From an uncultured virus (IMG/VR IMGVR_UViG_3300033463_000060) (taxonomy: Duplodnaviria > Heunggongvirae > Uroviricota > Caudoviricetes), in the IMG/VR virus record IMGVR_UViG_3300033463_000060: DNA of 64,000 bases. One strand, written 5' to 3'. Below, one piece after another: positions 20,440 through 30,042 of the stretch; positions within the stretch are counted from its first letter, which is position 1; every line of letters begins with the position of its first letter. Position numbers and translations under genes: made by a program. The notes beneath the pieces are model-generated. The model had not been told where the DNA came from. It saw only the letters and a program-made list of their open reading frames with translations, and did no database searches.

Positions 20440-21723
20440 TTACTCACTAGAGCTGGCGGTTGACTTGAAGAAGGCAGTCAGAGCGCCAGGATTACCATTG
20501 GTGACAACGGTGCGGCTTGCAGTTGTTACGCCGTCAGACCACTGCTTGAACTCAGCACCATCTTCAGGAACAGCGGCGATGGTCAGAGTAGTGTTGGCGG
20601 GGTACTCCTTGTTAGGATCAGGAGCCTGACCGTTGATGGTCACAGTACCGAGGGTGTTGTCGTTGGCTGTTACCACGAAGTTGTCCTTCAGGTAGTCGCC
20701 CTGGAATACGATACCCTCCTGCAGAGCGCCGTCGGTCATACAGAAGTGAGAGGGGTTCACGTTGATCACGCGCACACCCTGCACTGACTGTACCTGGAAG
20801 GCTACGTCGAGAGCGTCGTTGTCAGAGAACTCGGTCTGAACGATAATCTTGTTGCGAGAGTCGAGAGAGTTCACACCGTACTCCAGGTTCTGATCCACGT
20901 AAACCAGAATCTTGTCACCCTTGCCGAAGAAAGAAGAGGGAACGAACTCCACGTTCTTGTACTCCTGAACGGTGAAGTTACCGTTGTCGAGCCACTTCAC
21001 ACCGAAGTTGCCGTGCCACTTGTTTGCGTAGGCGTTAGCCAGAATCACACCAGTCTCAGCAGAGCAGAGAACCTTCACCTTAGCGGCGGTCTTCAGAGCG
21101 GGGTGAACCTTCTCAGTCCAGAAGTTCTCGAAGATAGTCCATGCAGCAAAGTCATGGCTGTCAACGGGAGCCTCGAAGGCATTGATGTGAACCAGGTTGC
21201 CGTTAGCGGGAGAGATACGACCCTTGGTGATATCCTTGTTCAGATAGGTGATGATACCATCGAACAGAGACAGACGGCCATACTGTTCGTCGTCCTTGTC
21301 GTAGGTCTCGTCGCCCCAGAACAGACATGCGAACACGTCCTCACCATAGTTAGCCATGATAGCCTTGAAGGCAATCTCTGACATGGGGTAGCTGTACTCA
21401 GCAGAGCCAGGCACCTGATAAGGGGTCTCGATGTACGAGTCCTGATTGTCCCAGTAACGGTTCCAAGTCAGACGGGCAACCAAAGGACGCTCCTCCAAGT
21501 AACCTGCCTTGTTGGCAACGGTCTGGCCAACCACCTTACGGCGAGTGGTACCACCCTTACGGTTCATCACTGTGATGGTGTCCTTGAACTGCACACCGCT
21601 GGTGATCTTGAATCCCATACGGTCAAGCTCTTCGGGACGGAAATGAGCAGCACCCATGATAATCTGGCTGCTGAAGTTGTCAGCAATGTGCTGCAACGCG
21701 GCTTTTCCAATAAAATCTGCCAT
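20440..21723 (-). CDS. Major capsid protein with C-terminal Ig-like/InlB B-repeat-like domain
   Basis: Follows protease-scaffold; strong codon bias; C-terminal GTVTING..YPANTTLTIAAVPEDGAEFKQWSDG. Confidence 0.7.
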   Translation of the reverse strand: MADFIGKAALQHIADNFSSQIIMGAAHFRPEELDRMGFKITSGVQFKDTITVMNRKGGTTRRKVVGQTVANKAGYLEERPLVARLTWNRYWDNQDSYIETPYQVPGSAEYSYPMSEIAFKAIMANYGEDVFACLFWGDETYDKDDEQYGRLSLFDGIITYLNKDITKGRISPANGNLVHINAFEAPVDSHDFAAWTIFENFWTEKVHPALKTAAKVKVLCSAETGVILANAYANKWHGNFGVKWLDNGNFTVQEYKNVEFVPSSFFGKGDKILVYVDQNLEYGVNSLDSRNKIIVQTEFSDNDALDVAFQVQSVQGVRVINVNPSHFCMTDGALQEGIVFQGDYLKDNFVVTANDNTLGTVTINGQAPDPNKEYPANTTLTIAAVPEDGAEFKQWSDGVTTASRTVVTNGNPGALTAFFKSTASSSE

Positions 21724-21785
21724 AGTTGTTTAAATTTTGTGTTGGTTTATAAAAAAGTTTTTGTGTTGGTTTCTTCCCGAAGGAA

Positions 21786-23435
21786 TTAGCGAACCTGCTT
21801 CTTCAGCTCAGCCTCGTAAACCTCCATGCGCTGCTTGTTCTCGGTAGCCGAGAGCGTTGGGTCCCACTGAGGAGCGGCTGATGCCTGATGCAGACCCTCT
21901 GCGCCCTGTCCGTTGTTGGCGGGGCTGCCACCCTGTGCACCTTCTCCGGCATCCTGTTTCATATCCTCGATGGTAGCGTTCAGGTCGTTGATCTGCTGGT
22001 CGCGCTCGGCGATGGTGTTCTGAGCGGTGGTCAAAGACTCCTTGACGGTGGTGAGCTCGGTGTTCAGAGCCTCCAGAGTACCGTCGTTCTCAGTAACCTT
22101 AGTCTGCAGGTCGGCCTTCTCCTGTTCCAGAGCGGCGATGGTGTTGTCCTTCTCTTCCAGTGCTGAAGCGTGAGTGGTTTTCAGTGTCTCCACCTGACTG
22201 TTCAGGTCAGCGACCTGCTGAGTCAGATTCTCCTTTTCCTGAGTCAGGCTCTGTACCAATGTCTGTGCATTAGCATTCTCCTGATTCTTCGCCTCGATGG
22301 CGGCATTCAGGGTAGCCAGCAATCCTTCGTTCATGAAGGCGCCGCCATCCTGCATCTGCATCTCTTCTATTCCGAGGAGTGCAAATACTGCGGGGAATTG
22401 TTCTTTCATGTTGATACTATTATTTAAAGTGGTTGATAATGTGTTGGCTGTCTTATGTGCGGTTGCAGAAACAGGTGTCTGCTTGCCAATCTTGCGACCA
22501 GCTGTACGTTCGATGGGCTGTGCGGTGCCGTTGGCAAGGTCGAAGACGCGGGCGATGACGTCGCCGAGCATCATCTGACCGTCGCAAAGAATGCCCATCA
22601 CGTCGGCGGCATCGAATACCTTGCCGTCCAGATGCTCATCCTTTGCGTTGGGGAATGCGGCTTTCATGTCTGCACGGAACTCTGCTTCCAGGCGGTCCAG
22701 TTCCTCGATGAGCAGTGTAGCATCATCATCCTCGGCGATATCGCGCATCTCCTTATTCTTGTTGATGCTCTTCGTAGCGTAGTATTCGCGGTAGGTCTCG
22801 CCCGACATAAACTTCTCGCCGCTCTTCATGGTGCAGAAGGCAGCCATGACGCCGACGCAACCGAGCTGGTCTTTCGGGTTCATCACATATACCTCGTCGC
22901 AAAGCGAAGCGAGATACATACCTGCCGATGCGCAGAGGCCGTCGATGAAAGCAATGACGCGCTGACCACGAGCGTGGGCGTAGTCGATGCCCTGCTGGAA
23001 GTCGTTCTTAGCCCAAGCACTGCCGCCAGGGGTGTTGATGTGAAGCACGTGACCACGGCAATACTTATTGTCGGCAGCCCGCATCATCCAGTCGCGGATG
23101 TCGCGTGAACCGTATGAGCAAGCACCACCATTGCGGGTGATAGGACCATCTACAGGCATCACGTTCACGAAAGGCTCCTTCATCTTGCCGAGCACGTCGC
23201 CCTCGCCCCATCCGTCGAATACGGGCTTAACCTCGCCGTCCTCTGTTACCTGATACTCGCGAAGGAAGTCCTGTCCCTGCTGACCGATGGCCATTGGGGC
23301 TTTCTTCTCGCGATCGATGCCGAGAGAGGCATGGTTTGTAATGTTGTACTGCAGCGTAGGCAGGATGCTATGCAGGAACTCCTGCTGGATCATCCACTCC
23401 TTATTGCTGAGTATTTCAAAAATTCCATTAATCAT
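21786..23435 (-). CDS. S49-family prohead protease fused to coiled-coil scaffold
   Basis: INTPGGS, CASAGMYLASLCD, GCVGV motifs; long heptad C-terminal half. Confidence 0.85.
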   Translation of the reverse strand: MINGIFEILSNKEWMIQQEFLHSILPTLQYNITNHASLGIDREKKAPMAIGQQGQDFLREYQVTEDGEVKPVFDGWGEGDVLGKMKEPFVNVMPVDGPITRNGGACSYGSRDIRDWMMRAADNKYCRGHVLHINTPGGSAWAKNDFQQGIDYAHARGQRVIAFIDGLCASAGMYLASLCDEVYVMNPKDQLGCVGVMAAFCTMKSGEKFMSGETYREYYATKSINKNKEMRDIAEDDDATLLIEELDRLEAEFRADMKAAFPNAKDEHLDGKVFDAADVMGILCDGQMMLGDVIARVFDLANGTAQPIERTAGRKIGKQTPVSATAHKTANTLSTTLNNSINMKEQFPAVFALLGIEEMQMQDGGAFMNEGLLATLNAAIEAKNQENANAQTLVQSLTQEKENLTQQVADLNSQVETLKTTHASALEEKDNTIAALEQEKADLQTKVTENDGTLEALNTELTTVKESLTTAQNTIAERDQQINDLNATIEDMKQDAGEGAQGGSPANNGQGAEGLHQASAAPQWDPTLSATENKQRMEVYEAELKKQVR

Positions 23436-23736
23436 TTGCGTGTTCTATTTTTAATTAACTGTTGCAAAGGTCACAAAACCTCCTGCGCCATTGCGGATAT
23501 AAAAACCGCCTTTTTTGCACTTTTTAGGGCAAAAAAATAGGTAAGACATCCTCACGGACACCTTACCCCAATTTCTCTTGTTAGGATAAACATTGCATAT
23601 TCAACCCTCACGGGCTTTTTACATACGTTGCCTTATACATTAAAACTAAAAATCTGTAAAAACATGCTTCACGCTTGAAGCTAACTACCTTAACTAATGA
23701 AAAAAACTACTTTATGGTATATTACAAATAAAACTG

Positions 23737-24237
23737 CTATGTCAGTCTAATTACGTGGCTCATGCTTTGCAACGTCACCTTCACCGTGACCTGCTGGTTC
23801 ACATCCTGCTCGTCAAGCAGCAATAAACTCGTGCATGGACGAGAGTAGAGTAGGTATCGCGTTCCGTCTGCAGTCGTTAATACTACGTGAAAATGCCGTG
23901 TCTGCAAGCCTCTCACAGCCTCTTTTGTGGCCTCAAATCCTGCGGTCACGGGCACTTGCAGATCGTGGCTTACCACGATGCCCACAGCTTGCTGCTTTTC
24001 GCTCTGTTTCAGTGAAGGCGCATTCTCTATTTCTCCGTCATCACCATCCTGCACGTTGTATGCCAGCGAGAGTCCAGGTGTTCCGATGCGGTCAACAGTC
24101 TGTCCACTGACTACCTTTGTGCCCGACATTTCGGTCACACTAACCCTAAAAGGCACTTCTAAATCACATAGTGATGCCAGTACCACATCTACACGTACTA
24201 CATCGTCTAAAATCTGTTCATTACAATTCTGAATCAT
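23737..24237 (-). CDS. Hypothetical (possibly structural) protein
   Basis: ORF upstream of the head genes. Confidence 0.7.
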   Translation of the reverse strand: MIQNCNEQILDDVVRVDVVLASLCDLEVPFRVSVTEMSGTKVVSGQTVDRIGTPGLSLAYNVQDGDDGEIENAPSLKQSEKQQAVGIVVSHDLQVPVTAGFEATKEAVRGLQTRHFHVVLTTADGTRYLLYSRPCTSLLLLDEQDVNQQVTVKVTLQSMSHVIRLT

Positions 24238-24365
24238 CGTTTTTTATCGTTTTAATACTTATTTTTTGTTTCGCTTTATGCGATTTTCTTCTTATTACTA
24301 AACAAACGTTAAATCTATACGTTTTTTAACTTCGTTTAAGTTACCGCTTTCGCTTTTTTAACGCT

Positions 24366-25103
24366 CTATATTTCCTTTATTATTTCTTCTAAGGTAATGC
24401 CTTTGTTGGCTTCTTCACGTTCATAGACAAATAAAGCATCCTCATCCTTCACGTCCTGACCTAACATCTTTGCCTCTTCCATCCATCTGGTAGCCATGCG
24501 CCGCATTGTGTCTCTGTCCTTCGTATTTGTCCCGAGGCACATATTATTCCGATAGAAGAACCTATCAATGCACGACATTACGTCGCGTTTCAGTCCACGC
24601 TTGTCGTTCAGGGCTATTTCCTCGCATATCTCATGCAGCATTACTCTCACAAACTCTCGCTTCATATACCGAGCTAGTTTCGATGCACCTGCCGATGTCA
24701 GCGTAAAAGAAGACGTTACTTGCTTGTAGCAGTTGCCAACGCTTACTATTTTCGGAGCCTGTATGCACAGATAGTCATATACATCCGTCTTCTTGTTCTT
24801 CGACGTGTTCGTCAGGAAGTTCACCTCCTCTATCGTTGGCCATTCCGTTGGGTCTCGCTTCAGCAACGCCTTGCCCCCCTGTGGCCTCTTGCCTTGCAGG
24901 ATGTTCTTCCACATTCGCTCCGAGAAGCACGCCGTGTGATCCATCTGCTGCTCAGGCACCAGCATCAAGTCAGTCTCAATGATAGCCGTCTCCGTCTGGT
25001 AGGGTGAGAACTCTACTGGCTGAAACTCCGTCAGAGGCTTATCATATCGCCCCCTGTACCATTGTGCCACTGCCGTCATCACTTTTAAATATATATTTGC
25101 CAT
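24366..25103 (-). CDS. Hypothetical protein
   Basis: 245-aa ORF. Confidence 0.7.
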   Translation of the reverse strand: MANIYLKVMTAVAQWYRGRYDKPLTEFQPVEFSPYQTETAIIETDLMLVPEQQMDHTACFSERMWKNILQGKRPQGGKALLKRDPTEWPTIEEVNFLTNTSKNKKTDVYDYLCIQAPKIVSVGNCYKQVTSSFTLTSAGASKLARYMKREFVRVMLHEICEEIALNDKRGLKRDVMSCIDRFFYRNNMCLGTNTKDRDTMRRMATRWMEEAKMLGQDVKDEDALFVYEREEANKGITLEEIIKEI

Positions 25104-25184
25104 ATCGCCTTTCTTTTATTACCACTACTCCCGTCGCTTCTCCGTCGGGCTTTCCGTGCATTTCCCGCCCGTTCTCGGGCGGGC

Positions 25185-26183
25185 TTAGTTCAGTCCCTCC
25201 TTCTCCGCTATCCTTTGCGCCTCCTCGGCCTGCCGCAACGTCGTCATCTTCATCCTGTACGTCGCCTCAATGATAGGCTCCAGCCCTTCGGCCTTGCACG
25301 GATATTCAATGCCAATGTAGTATCTGCCGCCCCACTCAAAGAATGTCGGCGTCACGTTCTCCACCAACTTCGGTTTCCCGTCCGTCGGCTTGTCGCCCGA
25401 CTGATCGGCCTCCATCAGTGCGTACAGCTTCTCCACCGTCACCACCGGCAGCAGCATCCTCTCCCTCTCGATGCGGATGCTCTGCGAGATATACAGCGGC
25501 GTCTTCCGCTTCGGGTGCGTCGGGTCCACGGGAATCTCGTCGTCCCTATACAGCTCTATGAACTGGCAGAACAGCTCCTTCTCCATCTTCTCGTTCACCT
25601 TCCGTTCTACCTTCTCCAGCGCCTCCTTCATGGCCGCCGCCTTTTCTGCGGGTTCTCCGTGCATCCCGTGGCCGTTCTCGCCGCCTTGTTCCGTATGCTG
25701 CGTCTGTGTCGCAGCCACCGTGCTTCCGTGCATCCCGTGGCCGTTCTCGGCCACGTTAGCGTCCGGCATCTCCACCCCCGCCAGCTTCGCCCACTCGCGC
25801 AGCGTATAGATACCCTTCACCTCCTGCCACGACGAAATGCGGCGACTATAGATGCGAGTAGCCGTATCAGAAGGCTTAAACCCCCTTCGCGGCAGTACCA
25901 GCACACCGTTGCGCTGCTTGACGTCAGGTTCCCAAAGCTCCTCACCGTCCTCCGTGCGCCCTGCGCTGCGCCATATCTTCCCGTTCGCCTTTCCTGGCTC
26001 GAACGCCACAGCCGCCACACCGCCCGCAAAGGCCGATGGCGACGAATAGTAGGCTGCGGCGCCCACCTTCTTGGCGAACACCTCTGCAGCCCTTTCAGCC
26101 TTGTTGCACTCATTCCAAAAACTTCTGAATTTTTTGCCCAGTATAGAGCTTGTTTCAAATCGGTAATAATATCTCTCAGTCAT
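25185..26183 (-). CDS. Hypothetical protein with internal ENGHGMHG duplication
   Basis: 332-aa ORF. Confidence 0.7.
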   Translation of the reverse strand: MTERYYYRFETSSILGKKFRSFWNECNKAERAAEVFAKKVGAAAYYSSPSAFAGGVAAVAFEPGKANGKIWRSAGRTEDGEELWEPDVKQRNGVLVLPRRGFKPSDTATRIYSRRISSWQEVKGIYTLREWAKLAGVEMPDANVAENGHGMHGSTVAATQTQHTEQGGENGHGMHGEPAEKAAAMKEALEKVERKVNEKMEKELFCQFIELYRDDEIPVDPTHPKRKTPLYISQSIRIERERMLLPVVTVEKLYALMEADQSGDKPTDGKPKLVENVTPTFFEWGGRYYIGIEYPCKAEGLEPIIEATYRMKMTTLRQAEEAQRIAEKEGLN

Positions 26184-26308
26184 GATATTTATAATATAGG
26201 TTATTAGTCTTTTCTTCCACTACTTCCAGCGCTTCTCCGCAGGGCTGCCACCACTCCCGTCGCTTCTCCGCTGGCATTTCCACTACTCCCAGCGCATCTC
26301 CGCTGGGC

Positions 26309-26932
26309 CTATTCCCGTAGTGCTCGCCATATCACCATCAATAGCCATACTACTGCCGTCACTAAGATCATCCAGATGATTACCTGCACATACTCCGCCC
26401 ACCGCTTCCACCACGGGCGGTTATCCTCCGCCGCCGGCTTCTGCGACACCGACGTCGAGTCCGCCTGCGCCCAGTGCGTGTGCATCGCATCAAACTTCAT
26501 CTGCCACGCCGCGTCCAGGCTATCCACAGCCGCCGTCATCCTTTCTTCATACTGCTGCTCCAGCCGCTGTTCCCACAGCCGTTGCTGCCGCGAGATGTCG
26601 CGCTCCGTCGTGCGTTGCTCCTGTCGCATCTCGCGGCCCAGCGAGTCCACCCACGTCGTGATGGTCTCCGTCACACGCTCCTTGCTGCTCTCGCTTGTGT
26701 TCTGTTCTTTGAGTTGCGATTCCATCGCAACCCTAATTGCCTGCGTCATCTCCTCGTGCCAGCCCCCCATGCGTCCGTCCACGATGGCCTGCACAGCCGC
26801 CGTGTCAATCTCATAAGAGTGGTAGTGGTGCTCTTCCACCACCTTCGGTGTAGAGCACCCCACCAGCAACGTCACGGCCAGGCTTGCGAGAGCCACTATT
26901 AACAATTCAAAAAAACACTTCCTTTGTACCAT
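26309..26932 (-). CDS. Lipoprotein with coiled coil and C-terminal TM (u-spanin-like architecture)
   Basis: LVGC lipobox, coil, C-terminal WWKRW..TM; start set at ATG 26932. Confidence 0.55.
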   Translation of the reverse strand: MVQRKCFFELLIVALASLAVTLLVGCSTPKVVEEHHYHSYEIDTAAVQAIVDGRMGGWHEEMTQAIRVAMESQLKEQNTSESSKERVTETITTWVDSLGREMRQEQRTTERDISRQQRLWEQRLEQQYEERMTAAVDSLDAAWQMKFDAMHTHWAQADSTSVSQKPAAEDNRPWWKRWAEYVQVIIWMILVTAVVWLLMVIWRALRE

Positions 26933-27151
26933 AATTAATAGTCTAAGCGGTCTGTATATTATTAGTTTTATCGTGTGCAAAGATAGTGATATTTGTGTAG
27001 AAACGTGCATAAACAAGCAGATTTGTGTCGATATTTTGGTTAAAATTAACAGAAGCAAGTGGATTTTACCTTGATATGCTTATGGTTGTTATCACTTTGA
27101 AAACAATAACCCGCCGATGATATCACTCCATCGACGGGCTATTTGTTTTTT

Positions 27152-27868
27152 TTATTTCTTGGTACATAGGAATTGCATGTCACCATACCTACTATCTCCA
27201 GGCGGTCCCCACACCGATATGCTGTCCAGCCGGTCATCCTTGTCGAGCGGTTCCACAAAGAAATAAGGACTTCGTTTCTCCCAGTAGTCGCCATTCATGG
27301 CATAGATAATGGTCCGTATGCCCCGCACAGGGTACCTGCCGTAAGATCCCTGAAGGCTGAAGTCGCCCGACTTGATTTCCGCATAGCCATAGTCGAAAGT
27401 AATCGTACCTCCATCTTCCTTGTTGATTATCTCCCACGTGCCATGCAGATAGGTCGATGGAGCCTTGCAGTAATACACATTTGCGTCACGTATCATCCTC
27501 ACCTCCATGCTCTTTTCCGACGCCAGCCATGATATGATAGCCTGTGCCATCTTTCCTTCCATCTCTGTAAAGCGGATGAGAATATCCACCGTCTGCTGTT
27601 TCTCGTCGTAACACTCCACCACGTCACCATTGATCTGATAGACATGGGGTACACCGTCTTGGCCCATCCAGAATCCGTCGTCCGTCAGTGTGATGTAGAA
27701 CGACTGCTTCGCCTTTTCTGCTTCCATCCATATACCGTTCACGTTCACCTCCTTGACAGTCCATTCGCCATACACCGTTTCCTGGCTCACTACCATCTCT
27801 TCGTCACTGCTGCAGCCCACCATCACTACCGACAGCAGTGCCACCATCCAGTAAATCATTTTCTTCAT
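27152..27868 (-). CDS. Lipoprotein with two lipocalin-like GxW repeats
   Basis: MVGCSSDEE lipobox; VYGEW and LHGTW. Confidence 0.65.
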   Translation of the reverse strand: MKKMIYWMVALLSVVMVGCSSDEEMVVSQETVYGEWTVKEVNVNGIWMEAEKAKQSFYITLTDDGFWMGQDGVPHVYQINGDVVECYDEKQQTVDILIRFTEMEGKMAQAIISWLASEKSMEVRMIRDANVYYCKAPSTYLHGTWEIINKEDGGTITFDYGYAEIKSGDFSLQGSYGRYPVRGIRTIIYAMNGDYWEKRSPYFFVEPLDKDDRLDSISVWGPPGDSRYGDMQFLCTKK

Positions 27869-27911
27869 ATTGCAAAGATTAATAGTTAAACATTCTGTTG
27901 TTTCTTACTGA

Positions 27912-28295
27912 TTAGACCACAGCCAGTTTGATGGCCTCGCCGCAATGCGGACACAAGATTGCAGCGGCAGGAGTTAGCGCAACAGATTGCGACTGCTCCT
28001 GCTGCTGTTCGTTTGTAAAGGGTAGATTGTCTGCTGCCTGCGCCTCCGTGTTGGGTGCTTCGGGCTGGGGAGCGGGCTGTGCCGATGGCCGCTCCTGCTC
28101 CTTGCCCTCGTTCTCGTACCAATCGTCGAAGAACTCGGCAGGCGAACACCCAATCTTCAGGGCGATGTCTATCAACTTCTTCACGTTCGGGCTGCCGTTG
28201 ATTGTAGCCGACAGCGAACCCTTCGTAATGCCCAGCATCGTGGCCACGTCCTCCAGGCGGTAGCCATGCTTCTTTATAACTGCCAAAATTTGCAT
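27912..28295 (-). CDS. HTH regulator with C-terminal CPHCG
   Basis: GYRLEDVATMLGITKGSLSATINGSPN; host-type promoter at about 28335-28367. Confidence 0.85.
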   Translation of the reverse strand: MQILAVIKKHGYRLEDVATMLGITKGSLSATINGSPNVKKLIDIALKIGCSPAEFFDDWYENEGKEQERPSAQPAPQPEAPNTEAQAADNLPFTNEQQQEQSQSVALTPAAAILCPHCGEAIKLAVV

Positions 28296-28690
28296 AGTTT
28301 TAACTTTTTTCGTTGTATTTGTTTGATTTTCGTGGCAAAGTTATAACTTTTTCTCCAAATATCCAAACTTTTTAGTAATTTTCTATAACTTTTGCCTGTT
28401 TTTGTTTGATTTTTGCGCTATTTTGCCTTGTCTTTGTTCGATTTTGTGCGCAAAACGCACCGCTTTACCCCGCTTTTTGGCACTAATTTTCCCCTTTTTT
28501 GCCACATAAGTCGCCGTTCGTCCAAAAGCAGTCCACCCGCCCAAGGACGTAACTTGCTGAAATTCAAATGTTCCAGTTTGGAAATACAAACCCGATGCCT
28601 TTGTAACAGACGCGAGACCGCCGCCACACTGAAGCGGCCGGAGCTCAACCTACGACCAGAATCGCCCCGCCATTATGCCCCCGCCCCCAT

Positions 28691-28810
28691 CCGCACACCA
28701 TCAGCACCCCCAACAATCCAACGTAGCACCCCGCACACCATCAGCACCCCCAACAATCCAACGTAGCACCCCGCACACCATCAGAGCGACCCCCAAACCG
28801 CACACCATGA
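28691..28810. repeat. 40-bp tandem repeat (two exact copies plus partials)
   Basis: CCGCACACCATCAGCACCCCCAACAATCCAACGTAGCACC at 28691 and 28731; CCGCACACCAT again at 28771 and 28798. Confidence 0.9.
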
Positions 28811-29066
28811 GAAAAACCGCTCACACCTTATTTATATATATAAGCGATACAAGGGATGAGCAACCGCCACACCCTAAGCACACCACACCAACACCCCAAA
28901 AGAGCAAAAAGTTTAAGAAAAACCAAACGAAAAACGCCCTAAAACAAAGAAAAACAAACTTTTTTGAAAATTTTCTCAAAAAAAGTTTGGTCGTTTCGAA
29001 ACTTATTCGTATTTTGCACCAAGAAAATAAAACAAAGCAAGTTAAACCCCAAAAGATTAAAACATT

Positions 29067-29222
29067 ATGGCAACGAAGAAGACAACCCACAACGAAAAAT
29101 GCACCTATTGCGGCGAAGAGTTGAAAAAGCGTGGTAATATCTACGTTTGCCCATTTTGCGGGCAGGAGTACACCGCCGAGGATTTAGACTATATCCACAC
29201 TCGCAAAGGAGGGATAAAATAA
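29067..29222 (+). CDS. Small zinc-ribbon protein (not in ORF track)
   Basis: CTYCG...CPFCG; AACCC leader motif. Confidence 0.65.
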   Translation: MATKKTTHNEKCTYCGEELKKRGNIYVCPFCGQEYTAEDLDYIHTRKGGIK

Positions 29223-29254
29223 TGAAGTCTGGAACCCTTTAAAATATTGATAAT

Positions 29255-29542
29255 ATGAAAAAAAGAACGTTTGCAAATCGTATTGAGCAATTAGGACGTA
29301 TAGCCACTCTTGAGTTGGAACTCATCAAGCGCAACAAGCGCAACAACCGCCCCGCACCAATGCCCCGCACAAACAAGGCAAAGCGCATCTTAGGGCAGTA
29401 CGAAATCAACATTTTCGGGCGAGTTCTTGACACTACCAACCCCACCGACAAGGAAGCGACCACCGCCCGCAGTTACACCGCCGCCCAATTCCAAGGAAAG
29501 CAGGAGAAGAACGACACCCCCCCCGCCGCTTTGCCGTGGTAG
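29255..29542 (+). CDS. Hypothetical early protein
   Basis: AACCC leader motif. Confidence 0.6.
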   Translation: MKKRTFANRIEQLGRIATLELELIKRNKRNNRPAPMPRTNKAKRILGQYEINIFGRVLDTTNPTDKEATTARSYTAAQFQGKQEKNDTPPAALPW

Positions 29543-29813
29543 TCACTACCAACGACCGCCGCCCAATGTCTCACACATACAAGACGCAGACCACCGCCGA
29601 AATAGTTTATAACAAAATTAAAAGGCTTTTAATTAGATTTGGCTACACGATCGCCGATTCAGGAGGTAACGACGTTTCACAAGGTATTTGCGAACTTTGG
29701 ACAAACGGCAGCATTTCCCGAAATATAGAAATATATCCTACATTATAGACCCCGAAAAAATCCACAGAACCCCGAAAGATCCCAAGTTATAAAACCCCTA
29801 AAATACTAACGAT

Positions 29814-29981
29814 ATGAAGACAACAACGAACACCCCCGCCCACGTCCAGGAACTCGGCGCACCGCTCGCCGCCCTCCTCGGATGGCTTGACCGCCACCCG
29901 CGCACCGCTGCCGCCCTCTTGTGGCTTCAGGTTGCCGCGATCCTTTATGCCGTGATAACTTATAATTTCACTACGTTATAA
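29814..29981 (+). CDS. Small membrane protein (not in ORF track)
   Basis: AACCC leader; AAALLWLQVAAILYAVI. Confidence 0.55.
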   Translation: MKTTTNTPAHVQELGAPLAALLGWLDRHPRTAAALLWLQVAAILYAVITYNFTTL

Positions 29982-30042
29982 CATCCCCCTAATATTATAG
30001 ACATTTTCCAGAATTACAAAACCCTTTAAAAGAAATACAGTT

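Noticed and set aside
28691..28810. CRISPR array
   Set aside because: The repeats are head-to-tail with no unique spacers, and no cas genes are present
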